Part shown: piece by piece, positions 9,955 through 19,773 of the stretch
Layout: each line of letters starts with the position of its first letter
Numbering within the stretch: position 1 is the stretch's first letter
Origin: a virus
Taxonomy: Duplodnaviria > Caudoviricetes
Length of the DNA stretch: 64,000 nucleotides
Virus record (IMG/VR): IMGVR_UViG_3300020048_000002
Strand: one strand, 5' to 3'
Notes under the pieces: generated by a model
Told to the model about the DNA's origin: nothing
What the model saw: only the letters and a program-made list of their open reading frames with translations
Database searches by the model: none
Made by a program: the position numbers and the translations under genes

Positions 9955-10854
9955 TCACGAGATCACAAGCGTTACGGTCACATCGACCGAGCTGTTGCTG
10001 CTGTAACCACTGATCCGTAGCTTTTCCGTGTAGGTGCCCGTGGGGCAGCTCTCAGGTGGGGCAACAGCCACAGTAACCAACTGGCCTCCACCACCGGCCA
10101 ACTGGCCCGAGGTTGGATTGTAGCTTGACAGCCAGGGGGAGTTGCCCGTGAGCCGCTGAATCACGTAGTCGAGCAGAGACGCCGGGTCTCCTGTGTTCGT
10201 CAACGTGAACGACTGAGCGGGGATTGGCGGATAGGGACCGCTCAGGGGCTTCGTCACGTAGAACGTGATGGCCCCCGTGCTAACGGAAATCGCAGCCTTC
10301 GGACGCACGACGATGGTCACCGGGATAGTGACCGGGTTGTTCGTGGCGTTCGGGTCTTGGAGCGTGACCGTCTGAATGTAGGGGCTATTGATGGCAAGTA
10401 GGTCGGTCGTGTTCACCACGATTTCGATCTGCCCCGTCTCACTCGAAGCGATGTTCCCCAGTTGCTCGGGGTTCGAGACGACGTAAGGAGCATCCGTGGT
10501 GACCGTTGCGTCGAGCAAGGAACCAAAAACCCCGATGTTCGTGATCGAAATCGCCTGAGCTTCACCAAACCCACGCCCCTCATCCTGCGTGAAAGTGAGC
10601 GTCAGCGGGTTGATCAAGAACGTGGGCGTAAAGCTCGCCAGCAGGTTCCCTATGGAATCTGCCATCGACTGCACCACCGGCCCAGGGATGGGGATACTGT
10701 CCCGGAGAATCCCGAAAGGGCTGATGATGTCCCGGATCGTAAAGACCGGCGACGGTCCAGTCACGTCCATGCGCGTCGTCCACTTCCAGTAGCCGTGGTT
10801 CGTCGGCTGCTGGAACTGGTAGTCCTGGTAGCGCAGGTTTGCGGCGGTGGGCAC
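9955..10854 (-). CDS. Ig-like/BACON-type beta-rich structural protein
   Basis: Two T/V/P-rich Ig-like units (QSFTLTNTG...PWLS.NPTSGQL). Confidence 0.6.
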   Translation of the reverse strand: MPTAANLRYQDYQFQQPTNHGYWKWTTRMDVTGPSPVFTIRDIISPFGILRDSIPIPGPVVQSMADSIGNLLASFTPTFLINPLTLTFTQDEGRGFGEAQAISITNIGVFGSLLDATVTTDAPYVVSNPEQLGNIASSETGQIEIVVNTTDLLAINSPYIQTVTLQDPNATNNPVTIPVTIVVRPKAAISVSTGAITFYVTKPLSGPYPPIPAQSFTLTNTGDPASLLDYVIQRLTGNSPWLSSYNPTSGQLAGGGGQLVTVAVAPPESCPTGTYTEKLRISGYSSNSSVDVTVTLVIS

Positions 10855-10898
10855 GGATCGACCTCACGATCCGTGTCTCGATAAAAGGAACCACGGGC

Positions 10899-11999
10899 CT
10901 AAAGCCATACCTGGCCCCGATAAATCTTGCCAACAAGCGAGACGCCGACGCCGTAAGCCCTCGCAACTTCACCTTGTGTCGCACCCTCAGCAAGGCGAAC
11001 ACGAATCTCCGCTACCTTCTCAGCCGTGAGCTTTCCCGAACGCTCCGACGTGCGTCGCGTCCTGTTTTGTTCAGCCCTGGTGGACCAACGGCAGTTTGCA
11101 ACCCACCCGTGAGCCTCGCAGTCCGAACAACGGCCACACGAGTAATGCCCAGCCCGGTCTTCACGCAAGATCGTGTGTGTGGGGTCCGGTTTTGTCCCAA
11201 CGTCTGCGAGAAACGCCTCGAAGCTGTCTCGCCACCGTTGACACATCGTGATGCCCTGACCCCCGTAATATCTGTACCTTGTGTGGTTGGAGTTGAAGCA
11301 ACGACTCTTGGCTCCGCTCCATGTACGATACTCTGAGGTGCCGTGTTGCCCATGCAAGGCGTTACCGTGGTCTAACCCTCGCGGCATTGGACGACGGTTC
11401 GCGCTCTGCTCGCTCTTGGTTGCCCACCGGACGTTGCCCGGTTCGTACCCAAGTGACCCGTCAATGCGATCCAAGCTGTGTCGAGGCGATGGTTTCGAGC
11501 CAACGTGATTGTAGAAGGCCACGAAATCTTCTGCCCATTCCGGACAGACACCGATGCCCCGACCACCCCAGTTCGCATAGTTGCTGCTCTTGGGGTTGAG
11601 ACAACGGTCCTTCATGGAAATCCACGCACGATACTCAGGCGTGTGGATAAGGCCGTGCTTGAAGTTCGTCGTTCGACCAGGGTCCCAAGGGCGACGGACC
11701 CCCTCAGCCGTCCCGTGAGGGCGGCGATTTCGGGCCTGTTCTTCCCAGGTAGCCCAGCGGCAGTTCCCGGGTTCGTAGCCCTTGTCGTTATCTACCCGTT
11801 CAAGCGAATGCTTGGAGGTAGGACGTGAGCCGACGTGAGCGAAGAACGCCTCAAAGTCGCCCGCCCACTCAGGGGCGACGCTGATCCCACGACCCCCGTA
11901 GTTCGGGTACGCAGCGTGCTTCGGGTTCAAACACCGCTGCTTGATCTGCTGCCAGCACTTGTACTCGGGTAGCTGGGACCGGCCATGCTTGAGGTACAT
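10899..11999 (-). CDS. HNH homing endonuclease-like protein with three tandem units and a C-terminal HTH
   Basis: Three EYxxWxxxKxRC.N....Y..YGG.GI.....W...F..F units, SLDRID..GYEPGN.RWAT motif, terminal HTH. Confidence 0.8.
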   Translation of the reverse strand: MYLKHGRSQLPEYKCWQQIKQRCLNPKHAAYPNYGGRGISVAPEWAGDFEAFFAHVGSRPTSKHSLERVDNDKGYEPGNCRWATWEEQARNRRPHGTAEGVRRPWDPGRTTNFKHGLIHTPEYRAWISMKDRCLNPKSSNYANWGGRGIGVCPEWAEDFVAFYNHVGSKPSPRHSLDRIDGSLGYEPGNVRWATKSEQSANRRPMPRGLDHGNALHGQHGTSEYRTWSGAKSRCFNSNHTRYRYYGGQGITMCQRWRDSFEAFLADVGTKPDPTHTILREDRAGHYSCGRCSDCEAHGWVANCRWSTRAEQNRTRRTSERSGKLTAEKVAEIRVRLAEGATQGEVARAYGVGVSLVGKIYRGQVWL

Positions 12000-12064
12000 A
12001 GCCGGAGGTTATCCATTCTACACCACTGAGTCAACCGCAAAGAAAGAACCGTACCTCAGAATGT

Positions 12065-12703
12065 TTAGAAGCACTTGTCCATGCCTCTCCCTTGCCATTG
12101 CGGGAGCCTGACCTCGCGAAGCATGTTGAAATTCTTACTAGAAATGGTGGAGAACACCTTCTGGTAAGGAGTAAACTTCTCGTTTGCAGCCGCCAAGCGT
12201 TCCAGGGCCTTGACGGCTCGGAAGAAACGATGACGCACCCGACCCTGGGTCAGATTGAGACGGGTCGCAACTTCGCTCTGGCACGTTGTTTCCCACATGC
12301 CGATCAAAATATCGATGTCGATCTCGGCGAAGTCGTCCTTGAGATCCTCTCGAATCTCGTCCGCCGTGATCTGAGGGATGCTCAGGAGGAACTTGATCCG
12401 CTTGATCCCTCGGTCGAGGCGGTAGCTCACGGCTGCCTGCGTCACCTCAAAAATGGCGGCGATGTCGGCTTGCCGCTTCCGCTTGATGAAGTAGAGGTAG
12501 ATGAGGTCGGCTTCCCGCTTCGGGATACGGTCGAGGAGCGGAGCGATCCTGCTTTCGTAGTCGGCCTCTGCAAAGATGCTGTCCGCCTCCTCAAAGCCGT
12601 CCAGTTCGGACTCGAAGCTAGGCGAGATGAGGCGATTTGCAAGTTGCATAGGGTCCATCGGGATCACGTAGCCCGACGCCGCCATCTTACCCTCGCCACT
12701 CAT
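12065..12703 (-). CDS. Sigma70 region-4-like protein with two tandem HTHs
   Basis: LDRIPKREADLIYLYF...QADIAAIFEVTQAAVSYRLDRGIKRIK and QSEVATRLNLTQGRVRHRFFRAVKAL. Confidence 0.7.
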   Translation of the reverse strand: MSGEGKMAASGYVIPMDPMQLANRLISPSFESELDGFEEADSIFAEADYESRIAPLLDRIPKREADLIYLYFIKRKRQADIAAIFEVTQAAVSYRLDRGIKRIKFLLSIPQITADEIREDLKDDFAEIDIDILIGMWETTCQSEVATRLNLTQGRVRHRFFRAVKALERLAAANEKFTPYQKVFSTISSKNFNMLREVRLPQWQGRGMDKCF

Positions 12704-14652
12704 AGGGCTGCCCCAAAAAAGGCCGGGATGACTCGTGTCGGAGCCATCTCGATGTCCGCTAGAAGACCCTCAGCAAGCGCACGATCTGCCGCTGGAGAGG
12801 CAAGCTGTAGATCCAACTCGGTACAAAGGGACATGAGCTGAACGTTCAAGCGGACCTGCTTTTCTGCTCCACGGAGCTTGTCTCGGAGGGACTGGCTCAA
12901 ACCAGCCAGGTTGGACACAAAGATACCATCGACCGTGCCGTACAGTTGTAGGAGCTTGCTGGCTGTTTTGCTCCCACACCCAGGTGCCCCCGGAATGTTG
13001 TCGGAGGTGTCTCCCCCCAAAGCACGGAAGTGGACCATCCTCTCCGGAGGCACACCGTACTCAGCCAGTACAGAATCAGGGGTACAGATCTTTTCTTTAC
13101 CCACTCCCACAGCCGGTACAAGAACTTGTGTGGTCTCCGTGACCAACTGCATGAAGTCTCGGTCGTTCGAGACAATCAGGTTGCGCTGTCCTTCCAGCCG
13201 ACCTCGAACCAGGGAGGCGATCACGTCGTCGGCTTCTTCTCCTTCGGCTTGCACCTGCCAGACCCCAAACGAGTGAAGGGAGTCCTTGAGCCAGTTGACC
13301 TCAAACGTGCTGCGAATCGAGTTCCGGTTGGCCTTGTACTCAGGGAAAACCGCTCGTCTACGGGTCGAGTGGTTGTCCCAGCACACCCAGATCTCGGCTG
13401 ACGGGTGCTTCTTCCTCAGACTCGATAGGCTGTTGAGAAACCCTACGACAGGTCCCGTGGACCGCCCCTTGGAGTCCCTCAGCTCACCTAAACCAGGAGC
13501 CAACGCGCATCGCGCCAACATGTTGAAACCGTCGACGACAAGGTTCTCGACCATACTGCTCCCGGCAAGTGTGCGCTCGAACGAAAGAACCGAGCGTTCA
13601 AGATCCAAAAGTTTCAAGGAGGCGTCGTGCAGGAACTTGAACCGCTCCCATTCTTGGATGAGAGAGTCCCACGGAAGTACCCGCTCGATGCTCCTAAGAG
13701 CCGCCGCTGTTTTTTGGACGAAAGAGTCCCAAGAGGCGATCCGCTCCACAGCCACCTGTGCTGAACGGATGACCTGAAGATCCAAAGGTTGCTCAAAGGC
13801 TCGGATGTAACCTTGTAGGTTGGACCCCCTCTGCAACCACTTGGTCAACTTGTGTGTCACCGACTGATTTTTTCTCATATCGGCGATCTGTTCCTCGTGG
13901 TCGTGAAGGCGTATTCTGGCCTGGTGAAACCTCCCCAGGGTGAGCCAGCCCGTCAACCGTTGGTATGTACGGTAGGTCTGCCCCACATGACCTAATTTGG
14001 AGGGATCCCAGTAAAGAACAGGCCGCACCGTGTCGAACCAGGCGCGATGCTCCCGAGTCTTGAGCACGTACGAGGGTAGAGCTGCCTTGCTGACCAAGTG
14101 AAGGAACGAGCGAGGTAGCATGATGAGCGAGTCTTTCGACCTCAACTCAATCCGCACCTGCACCGAGTCCTGTTCGGGGATGTCCTCGATTACGAGAGCG
14201 GTCAGGTTCTTGTACGCCCCTGAGTTGACGATCACCGTGTCGCCAACGTCGATCCCTTGGTCACTATGCAAGCGCATCTGGCGCTTGAACTTCTCGATGT
14301 CCCGGTCGTGGACCAGAGCGACAGATCGGTTATCGGACGGATGTCGAACTACCCCTTGGACGTAACGGGTGTCGTCTAGGCGGGATAAGGACGAGGCAAG
14401 TTTCGGTAGCACCGGCAACTTGACGAAGGCGTAGCCCTCAACGAGATACGTGACCACTCGATCTTCGCCCACCTGCGTCACCACAGCGGGGATGAACACG
14501 ATCGCCTTCGGGCCGAGGTGGTGGCGAATCGAAGCTGCCACCAAGTCGGGGTCCTCCCCCTCCGCCATAGGACCGAGTTCCAGAATGACCCACTCCGTGG
14601 GCAACTTATCCGGCACCCCAGATTCTTTCTGGCTACCCAACCCGAGTTTCAT
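12700..14652 (-). CDS. NusG (NGN+KOW) fused to a 5'-3' exonuclease of the FEN/PolI-N family
   Basis: NGN: WVIL...VFIP...LVEGYAFVKL. KOW: VGDTVIVNSGAYKNLTALV. Nuclease: LVVDG, PEYKANR, EADDVIA, SNDRDF, GDTSDNIPG..GCGSKTA. Confidence 0.85.
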   Translation of the reverse strand: MKLGLGSQKESGVPDKLPTEWVILELGPMAEGEDPDLVAASIRHHLGPKAIVFIPAVVTQVGEDRVVTYLVEGYAFVKLPVLPKLASSLSRLDDTRYVQGVVRHPSDNRSVALVHDRDIEKFKRQMRLHSDQGIDVGDTVIVNSGAYKNLTALVIEDIPEQDSVQVRIELRSKDSLIMLPRSFLHLVSKAALPSYVLKTREHRAWFDTVRPVLYWDPSKLGHVGQTYRTYQRLTGWLTLGRFHQARIRLHDHEEQIADMRKNQSVTHKLTKWLQRGSNLQGYIRAFEQPLDLQVIRSAQVAVERIASWDSFVQKTAAALRSIERVLPWDSLIQEWERFKFLHDASLKLLDLERSVLSFERTLAGSSMVENLVVDGFNMLARCALAPGLGELRDSKGRSTGPVVGFLNSLSSLRKKHPSAEIWVCWDNHSTRRRAVFPEYKANRNSIRSTFEVNWLKDSLHSFGVWQVQAEGEEADDVIASLVRGRLEGQRNLIVSNDRDFMQLVTETTQVLVPAVGVGKEKICTPDSVLAEYGVPPERMVHFRALGGDTSDNIPGAPGCGSKTASKLLQLYGTVDGIFVSNLAGLSQSLRDKLRGAEKQVRLNVQLMSLCTELDLQLASPAADRALAEGLLADIEMAPTRVIPAFFGAAL

Positions 14653-14658
14653 GTGGCT

Positions 14659-17391
14659 CTACCCTCGACCGAGTAGCCACGTAAGCTCGAACTCACGTCG
14701 CCACTGATCCGGGGAGAGTACACGGTTGTCCTCGTCATCTGCTTCTGTACTATTGAAGCTGAAATTTTGAGCCGTGTGCCCACGGCCCCTTGGCATCTGA
14801 CGAGGTACGGATTGGTGGTCATAGTCCGTCAGAGCGGCAATATCCCCGGACTCGCGGTTGCCGATCCCGTCAACTCGTACCACACCTTTGCCAGTTGGGG
14901 AAGTTTTCGGGGTCACCGTCGCCTGGACAGGCGTAGGGGCTGAGACTGAACTGACGGGGGTAGGGGTGGCGGGGGTGGGAGTTTGCACGGAGGCAACCAC
15001 AGGCGAGGGAGCCACCTGGATTGAAATGACGGGTGCCGCAACAGTGGCCTGCGCGGGTACGCCCGACGATAGTTGAAGGATCGTACAAAGCAGGGACACT
15101 TTGGTGGCGTACCTTTGCTGGAGAAAGTGCTCCGCCAGCCGGACCGTGGAGTCCCCATACGTCTCGTACACCCTCTGCCCAAGGGTCTTGTCTACGTACG
15201 CAAAGTCGGCAAACATGCCATATCGAAGGCGAAACGAGTTCATGGCAGCCTCAGCCAATCCAGCCGAGACCTCCTCGGGGCTGACTCGCTCGCACAGACC
15301 CTCGACAAGTTCAATGGCCCTCTTCGGTGATCCGAGGGCCAGGAGTACCTCGTAGTAGGTCGAGACGACCGACAGGTGCAGGTACTCTCGGACATTCTCG
15401 ATGCTAACCCGGCCCATTTGGGCGATCATCTCTAGCCGGTTCACCACGTCACGAACGTGGCCACCCGAATAGTCGATGACCGTGAGAACAGCGTCATCCT
15501 CGTGGTCGATCCCGTGATGATCGAGGATCTTGTTCATCCGAACCAGAATATCCTCACGGGTGATCTTGCGGATCGCGTACTCCTCACACCGGGACCGGAT
15601 CGGGCCTCGAATCTTCTCGGGCTCAGTCGTGCAGAAGATCCCCACCATCTTCTTCTCCTCCAAGGGCTTGAGGAGCACGTCCTGAGCATCCCGGCTCATG
15701 CGGTGGGCTTCGTCGAAGACGTAGACCCGCTTCGGTGCATTGAAGAGGGCGAAAGGTAGGTCTTCGACGATAGCCCGGATGTTGTCGATGGTGCCGCCAG
15801 AGGCCGCATCCTGCTCGACATAAGCCCCCGGCTGCCCGTTGAGCATGTCACGGCAGTTGTCGCACTCGTTGCAGGGCTCGGGATCCGCCTTGTCGAGATT
15901 CTGGCAGAGCATTGCGCGAGCGTGAATACGCGCAAGCGTCGTGTTGTGGTTCATGAACCCGTTGGCCGAAAACGATTCGCCCACGGGTACATTGAGATCG
16001 TAGACCTCGGCTTCACCACGCTCGACGGATACCACCGGGTCGTAGAAGTAGCGGGTAGCGGATAGGTGCTTGAAGTGCTGCGTAGCTCGGCCCTCGTAAG
16101 CACCTTTAGCGATGCGCTCCACCTGCTGATCCGTACACGAGATACGCCCACGACGAGCACGGAAGAAGTGGCTCGTTTCACGGTTACGTTCGGTAGGGCC
16201 AATTTCCGTGTAGAATGCGGACAGGTGGGGTGCTTGATGCGGCACCACCTCATACTTATTCGAGAGGGACCGCTTTCCGGTGGCGTGCTTCCGCTTTAGG
16301 AAGTCCCGCATCACCCCTTGTTTACGGGCCGATACGAAACCAATCTTGTCGGCAAAGGTTTGCAAGGACGTGCCCATCACCTTGATGCGCCAATACGTCC
16401 CGTACTTTGCGTGCCGCTTCGGGAAGCGACGAGACAAGATACCGAGGTTCGCTAGTAGCACTTGGACTTGTCTCGCAAGCTCGGGAGACTTGGTGAGGGC
16501 CTCAAATCCGTTCGCGGTCCCATCGCACTCGAAGTAGGCGCGAAGGAAGGCCCGCACAACGGGTTCGGGCGAAGCCATAACGGCCCAAGGAACAACCTTC
16601 TCTCCCGCCTTGCCGTAACCGAGTCCGATGTAGGAGAGAAACGACCGAAACTGCTTTCGAGAACAACGAAGCGAACTTAGCCCAGGTCGTCGCTTATCGG
16701 GAGTGTCGGTGCCCGACCCCCCAAGCTCGTTGAGCAAGTGCAAGATTTCTTGCTTCACGTCGGTTTCGGCACAAGAGATGGCTACGTAGCGGTCGCTCGT
16801 ACAAGAACCGTCTCCGACGAGGTAGCCCAAGAGGGCACCCCAACGCTCGTCGAGAGTAGATGGGGGAGTGAAGTCAACCGAGGATTGATCCGAAAGCGCG
16901 GGCTCATACTTGAAGCCCGAGAGATCGGGTCCGCTCCCCCACATCCCGTTTCGGACGATACAGGCGTAGTCATCGACCGTCATGTCCCCAAGCTGTCGCC
17001 ACCCGATAGCCCCATCGGACTGCATAACCCGGATGCGATGGTTGGGCGTCCCCTCTAGCTCAAAGCCTAGATAGGTGCGGATACGGACGGTTTCACGCCT
17101 CCCTCCACGATAGGAGTAGGCCGAAACGGAGGTACCCGTTTCTTGCACTACTCCGACCTCTAGGGGGTCGGTTTGATTTGGCCCCATAAGGGACCGAATC
17201 GGTACAACGCCGCGTGACGTGGGGACAAGGGTATCCCCCGTCACGCACTTCCCCTGCCCATGGCCGCCCGCGAAGATGTACGACACGTCAAGGGCCGTCC
17301 CCTTCGCAAGGCGAGCCTTGAGAAGTTGGACAGTGCCCTGCTGCCCTAGAACGTCCCCGAACTTGAGGGGCCTATGAAGTGTATCCCACAC
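14659..17391 (-). CDS. dnaX: DNA polymerase III gamma/tau clamp-loader ATPase with intein
   Basis: HRPLKFGDVLGQ, GGHGQGK|intein|TTLAR, C...CNECDNC zinc site, DEAHRM, IRSRC. Confidence 0.93.
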   Translation of the reverse strand: MWDTLHRPLKFGDVLGQQGTVQLLKARLAKGTALDVSYIFAGGHGQGKCVTGDTLVPTSRGVVPIRSLMGPNQTDPLEVGVVQETGTSVSAYSYRGGRRETVRIRTYLGFELEGTPNHRIRVMQSDGAIGWRQLGDMTVDDYACIVRNGMWGSGPDLSGFKYEPALSDQSSVDFTPPSTLDERWGALLGYLVGDGSCTSDRYVAISCAETDVKQEILHLLNELGGSGTDTPDKRRPGLSSLRCSRKQFRSFLSYIGLGYGKAGEKVVPWAVMASPEPVVRAFLRAYFECDGTANGFEALTKSPELARQVQVLLANLGILSRRFPKRHAKYGTYWRIKVMGTSLQTFADKIGFVSARKQGVMRDFLKRKHATGKRSLSNKYEVVPHQAPHLSAFYTEIGPTERNRETSHFFRARRGRISCTDQQVERIAKGAYEGRATQHFKHLSATRYFYDPVVSVERGEAEVYDLNVPVGESFSANGFMNHNTTLARIHARAMLCQNLDKADPEPCNECDNCRDMLNGQPGAYVEQDAASGGTIDNIRAIVEDLPFALFNAPKRVYVFDEAHRMSRDAQDVLLKPLEEKKMVGIFCTTEPEKIRGPIRSRCEEYAIRKITREDILVRMNKILDHHGIDHEDDAVLTVIDYSGGHVRDVVNRLEMIAQMGRVSIENVREYLHLSVVSTYYEVLLALGSPKRAIELVEGLCERVSPEEVSAGLAEAAMNSFRLRYGMFADFAYVDKTLGQRVYETYGDSTVRLAEHFLQQRYATKVSLLCTILQLSSGVPAQATVAAPVISIQVAPSPVVASVQTPTPATPTPVSSVSAPTPVQATVTPKTSPTGKGVVRVDGIGNRESGDIAALTDYDHQSVPRQMPRGRGHTAQNFSFNSTEADDEDNRVLSPDQWRREFELTWLLGRG
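15943..17247 (-). mobile_element. LAGLIDADG intein in the dnaX P-loop (435 aa)
   Basis: Starts CVTGDT, has TPNHRI, LGYLVGDG and LRAYFECDG, ends FMNHN before Thr. Confidence 0.93.
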
Positions 17392-17411
17392 GTTGAGCCC
17401 CTGGTAGCGGG

Positions 17412-17915
17412 TTAGACCGAAGCCGTAACGCCTTCTGCCGCAGACGCACTCACTACGTCCTCAATCAGACTATCGATGTCTACAGTCTTAGCCACCGAGG
17501 CAAACCCTAGCAGCTCGTCGTTCCAAGCGCCGTGACGACGCAGGATGGCGGTAAACTCAGCCACATCGGGCTCACGGGTCGTCCACTTCATATCCCCCGA
17601 CTGATCGTCCTCCTCCCCCGTGCAACGTTCGAGGAGGTGATCCACGAGGGCTTGCCTTTGAGCCTCGTTCATCTCATTCCACTGGTCGTTCGCAACCTCA
17701 ATCAAGAAGTCGCACTCCAGTAGATACTCCAACGCCCCGCCAATCTTGCGGGCCTTGCCTGGAACAGGCCGACCGTTCTTTGAACTGGCCTTGTCCACGC
17801 TGATGTACCGGATCCGGGCGGTCGCAAGCTCCGGGTGGTACATCGGGATGAGGTGTTGGGCTACGGTTTCTACCGTCTCGGCCTCGCTGTACATCTTAGG
17901 CATCGAAAACTCCAT
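17412..17915 (-). CDS. Putative phage metallopeptidase-like protein
   Basis: QRQALVDHLLERC (degenerate HExxH) and PDVAEFTAILRRHGAW. Confidence 0.55.
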   Translation of the reverse strand: MEFSMPKMYSEAETVETVAQHLIPMYHPELATARIRYISVDKASSKNGRPVPGKARKIGGALEYLLECDFLIEVANDQWNEMNEAQRQALVDHLLERCTGEEDDQSGDMKWTTREPDVAEFTAILRRHGAWNDELLGFASVAKTVDIDSLIEDVVSASAAEGVTASV

Positions 17916-18621
17916 CGGCTACAGACCGAAGCACGGTCTGAACGAACGACCCCAGTTGATCGTCTCCCCATGCTTCCCACAACTCCCCTGGGTCCTTGAT
18001 TGGACGGGTTGTCCCGGTAGCATGGACTTTCGGATAATACACCGAGCGAACGTCAAAATCACGACCGAATTCTCGTGAGAACTGACGCATCGCCGACTGG
18101 CCTGCCGCATCTGCATCGTACCCCACCCACACACGACGAACAAGTCGACGTAAAGATGGGATCAAGGACTCCGGCACACGAGCCGTCAATGTTGCGGCGA
18201 TGTACGGCACATGGCGTTGTAAGGGGAAAAGATCGAAGGCCCCCTCGACGAGCCACACTTCCTCTTTCGCCCAAATGTGTGGGGCTGCCTGACCTAACCC
18301 AAAAAGGACAGGCTCTTCCTTGTAGGGGATGTAGTCGAGGTAACCCTTCCGAGCACGATCCACATGCCGAAACTGGAAGCCTTGGACAACCCCAAGAACG
18401 GTGGTCAAAGGTAGAACGAAAACGTCGTCCAAGCGTTGACCCTGGTGTGCCCACCGGAGGAAGTCATCGGCTCCGGGTAAGTTTGGGAGTTTGCGATCAA
18501 GGTACCCGATCTTGAACAACTCTATCTGCTCGTCGGAAACCCCACGAGAATGCAACTCATCCCGAGCGGCGTCGGTAAGATTAGACTGAGCAAAGCCGAC
18601 TAGATCATCCACCCAAGTCAC
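17896..18621 (-). CDS. DnaG-like primase core (Toprim) without a zinc-binding domain
   Basis: RGVS.EQIELFKIGY, LFGL, VWLVEGAFD and YDADAAG motifs. Confidence 0.8.
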   Translation of the reverse strand: MTWVDDLVGFAQSNLTDAARDELHSRGVSDEQIELFKIGYLDRKLPNLPGADDFLRWAHQGQRLDDVFVLPLTTVLGVVQGFQFRHVDRARKGYLDYIPYKEEPVLFGLGQAAPHIWAKEEVWLVEGAFDLFPLQRHVPYIAATLTARVPESLIPSLRRLVRRVWVGYDADAAGQSAMRQFSREFGRDFDVRSVYYPKVHATGTTRPIKDPGELWEAWGDDQLGSFVQTVLRSVADGVFDA

Positions 18622-19220
18622 GGGACCACCGTAACGAGGGAACGATCGGCGTTGTGTACCATGACCCCCACGTAATCCCCCGTGCGAACATACGTGCCAA
18701 CGAAAGTCGGGATGGTGGCCACGAGAGCCGTGCCCTCTAACATGTCCGCCATCATGATGTGGACCCCTTCAACCTCAGCCACCTCCCCCTTCGATCCCAT
18801 TCTCTCCCAAGCCTGTTCGAGATTCATCTCGGGAAGCATGTCCCCGAGAAGAGCAGGTGAAATCACAATGGATCGAGGTTCGAGCCCATGGGACCTCATC
18901 CGGTATACCGCATCCCGCACAGTTTTACACCGGTTCGACCAAGATTCGCTCTCAGAAAGGGTGACTAAGGTGCGGTGCAGAGCAACGAGCAGGTGGCTCT
19001 CGTTGTCTAGAGGACAGTGTGAAAACCCGAACCGAAGAACCCCCTGACCTGAAGGGCGCGTAAGCAAAAAAGCCCCTCGCATATTCGTCACTAAAAAAGG
19101 GCCATCGGAGGTCTGAGCTAGCCTCTCGTTCATCGCAGGTACAGAGAAGCCGCCTGTTCTGGCGGCTCTTTGTTGTACCCTCTCGGTGATGAAGAGTCGT
19201 TCAAGGGGCTTGAACGTCAT
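18618..19220 (-). CDS. Hypothetical protein
   Basis: 200-aa ORF overlapping its neighbours. Confidence 0.6.
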   Translation of the reverse strand: MTFKPLERLFITERVQQRAARTGGFSVPAMNERLAQTSDGPFLVTNMRGAFLLTRPSGQGVLRFGFSHCPLDNESHLLVALHRTLVTLSESESWSNRCKTVRDAVYRMRSHGLEPRSIVISPALLGDMLPEMNLEQAWERMGSKGEVAEVEGVHIMMADMLEGTALVATIPTFVGTYVRTGDYVGVMVHNADRSLVTVVP

Positions 19221-19773
19221 CTTGCTTTTCCTCGTGCCCCGGCGGTTGAAGGAGGTACTCCAACTGAGCTGTGTCGGGTCGAACGGGCTCTAGCCGCACC
19301 CTGAGCAAAGCGTACCACCACCTTTTCCACCAAGGGAGATGGAAGTTCGGGTTCGACTGCTCCAACACCCAAAGTAGCTCATACACGGCGGGCAAGTGGG
19401 TCTGGAGCCAAACAGCGTCCTCAACCTGCTCTTGGAACTGAGCTAGGAGGCTCTCTTTCGACTGCGAGGGGGTGAAGTAGGGACACCGTTGAGCATCGAT
19501 AGGATCATCACAGATCGTACCGGACCACTCTTCTGCCTTGTCCGACCCCAACATGCACAAGCCGATTGTGCGCACCATGGGCAGGTGACGCCTGTCATTC
19601 CGGTTGTACCCCTCGTTGGGCTCTCCCGCAATCTCTTTGCGGGCATCCAGCTCTTGGCGATGGTTGTGGGTACACTTGTGGGGAATGCGCTTGGACGCTT
19701 CTTCTACCCGAGCATCCAACTCCGCCAGCAAGAGCGTTCGAACCCTAGCCCGGATTTCATCGGAAGTTTTCAT
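19201..19773 (-). CDS. Hypothetical Cys/His-containing protein
   Basis: Start reassigned to ATG 19773, which overlaps the upstream stop. Confidence 0.6.
   Translation of the reverse strand: MKTSDEIRARVRTLLLAELDARVEEASKRIPHKCTHNHRQELDARKEIAGEPNEGYNRNDRRHLPMVRTIGLCMLGSDKAEEWSGTICDDPIDAQRCPYFTPSQSKESLLAQFQEQVEDAVWLQTHLPAVYELLWVLEQSNPNFHLPWWKRWWYALLRVRLEPVRPDTAQLEYLLQPPGHEEKQDDVQAP

Noticed and set aside
14659-15100. Programmed gamma/tau frameshift in dnaX
   Set aside because: No A-run slippery site was noticed in the C-terminal region.
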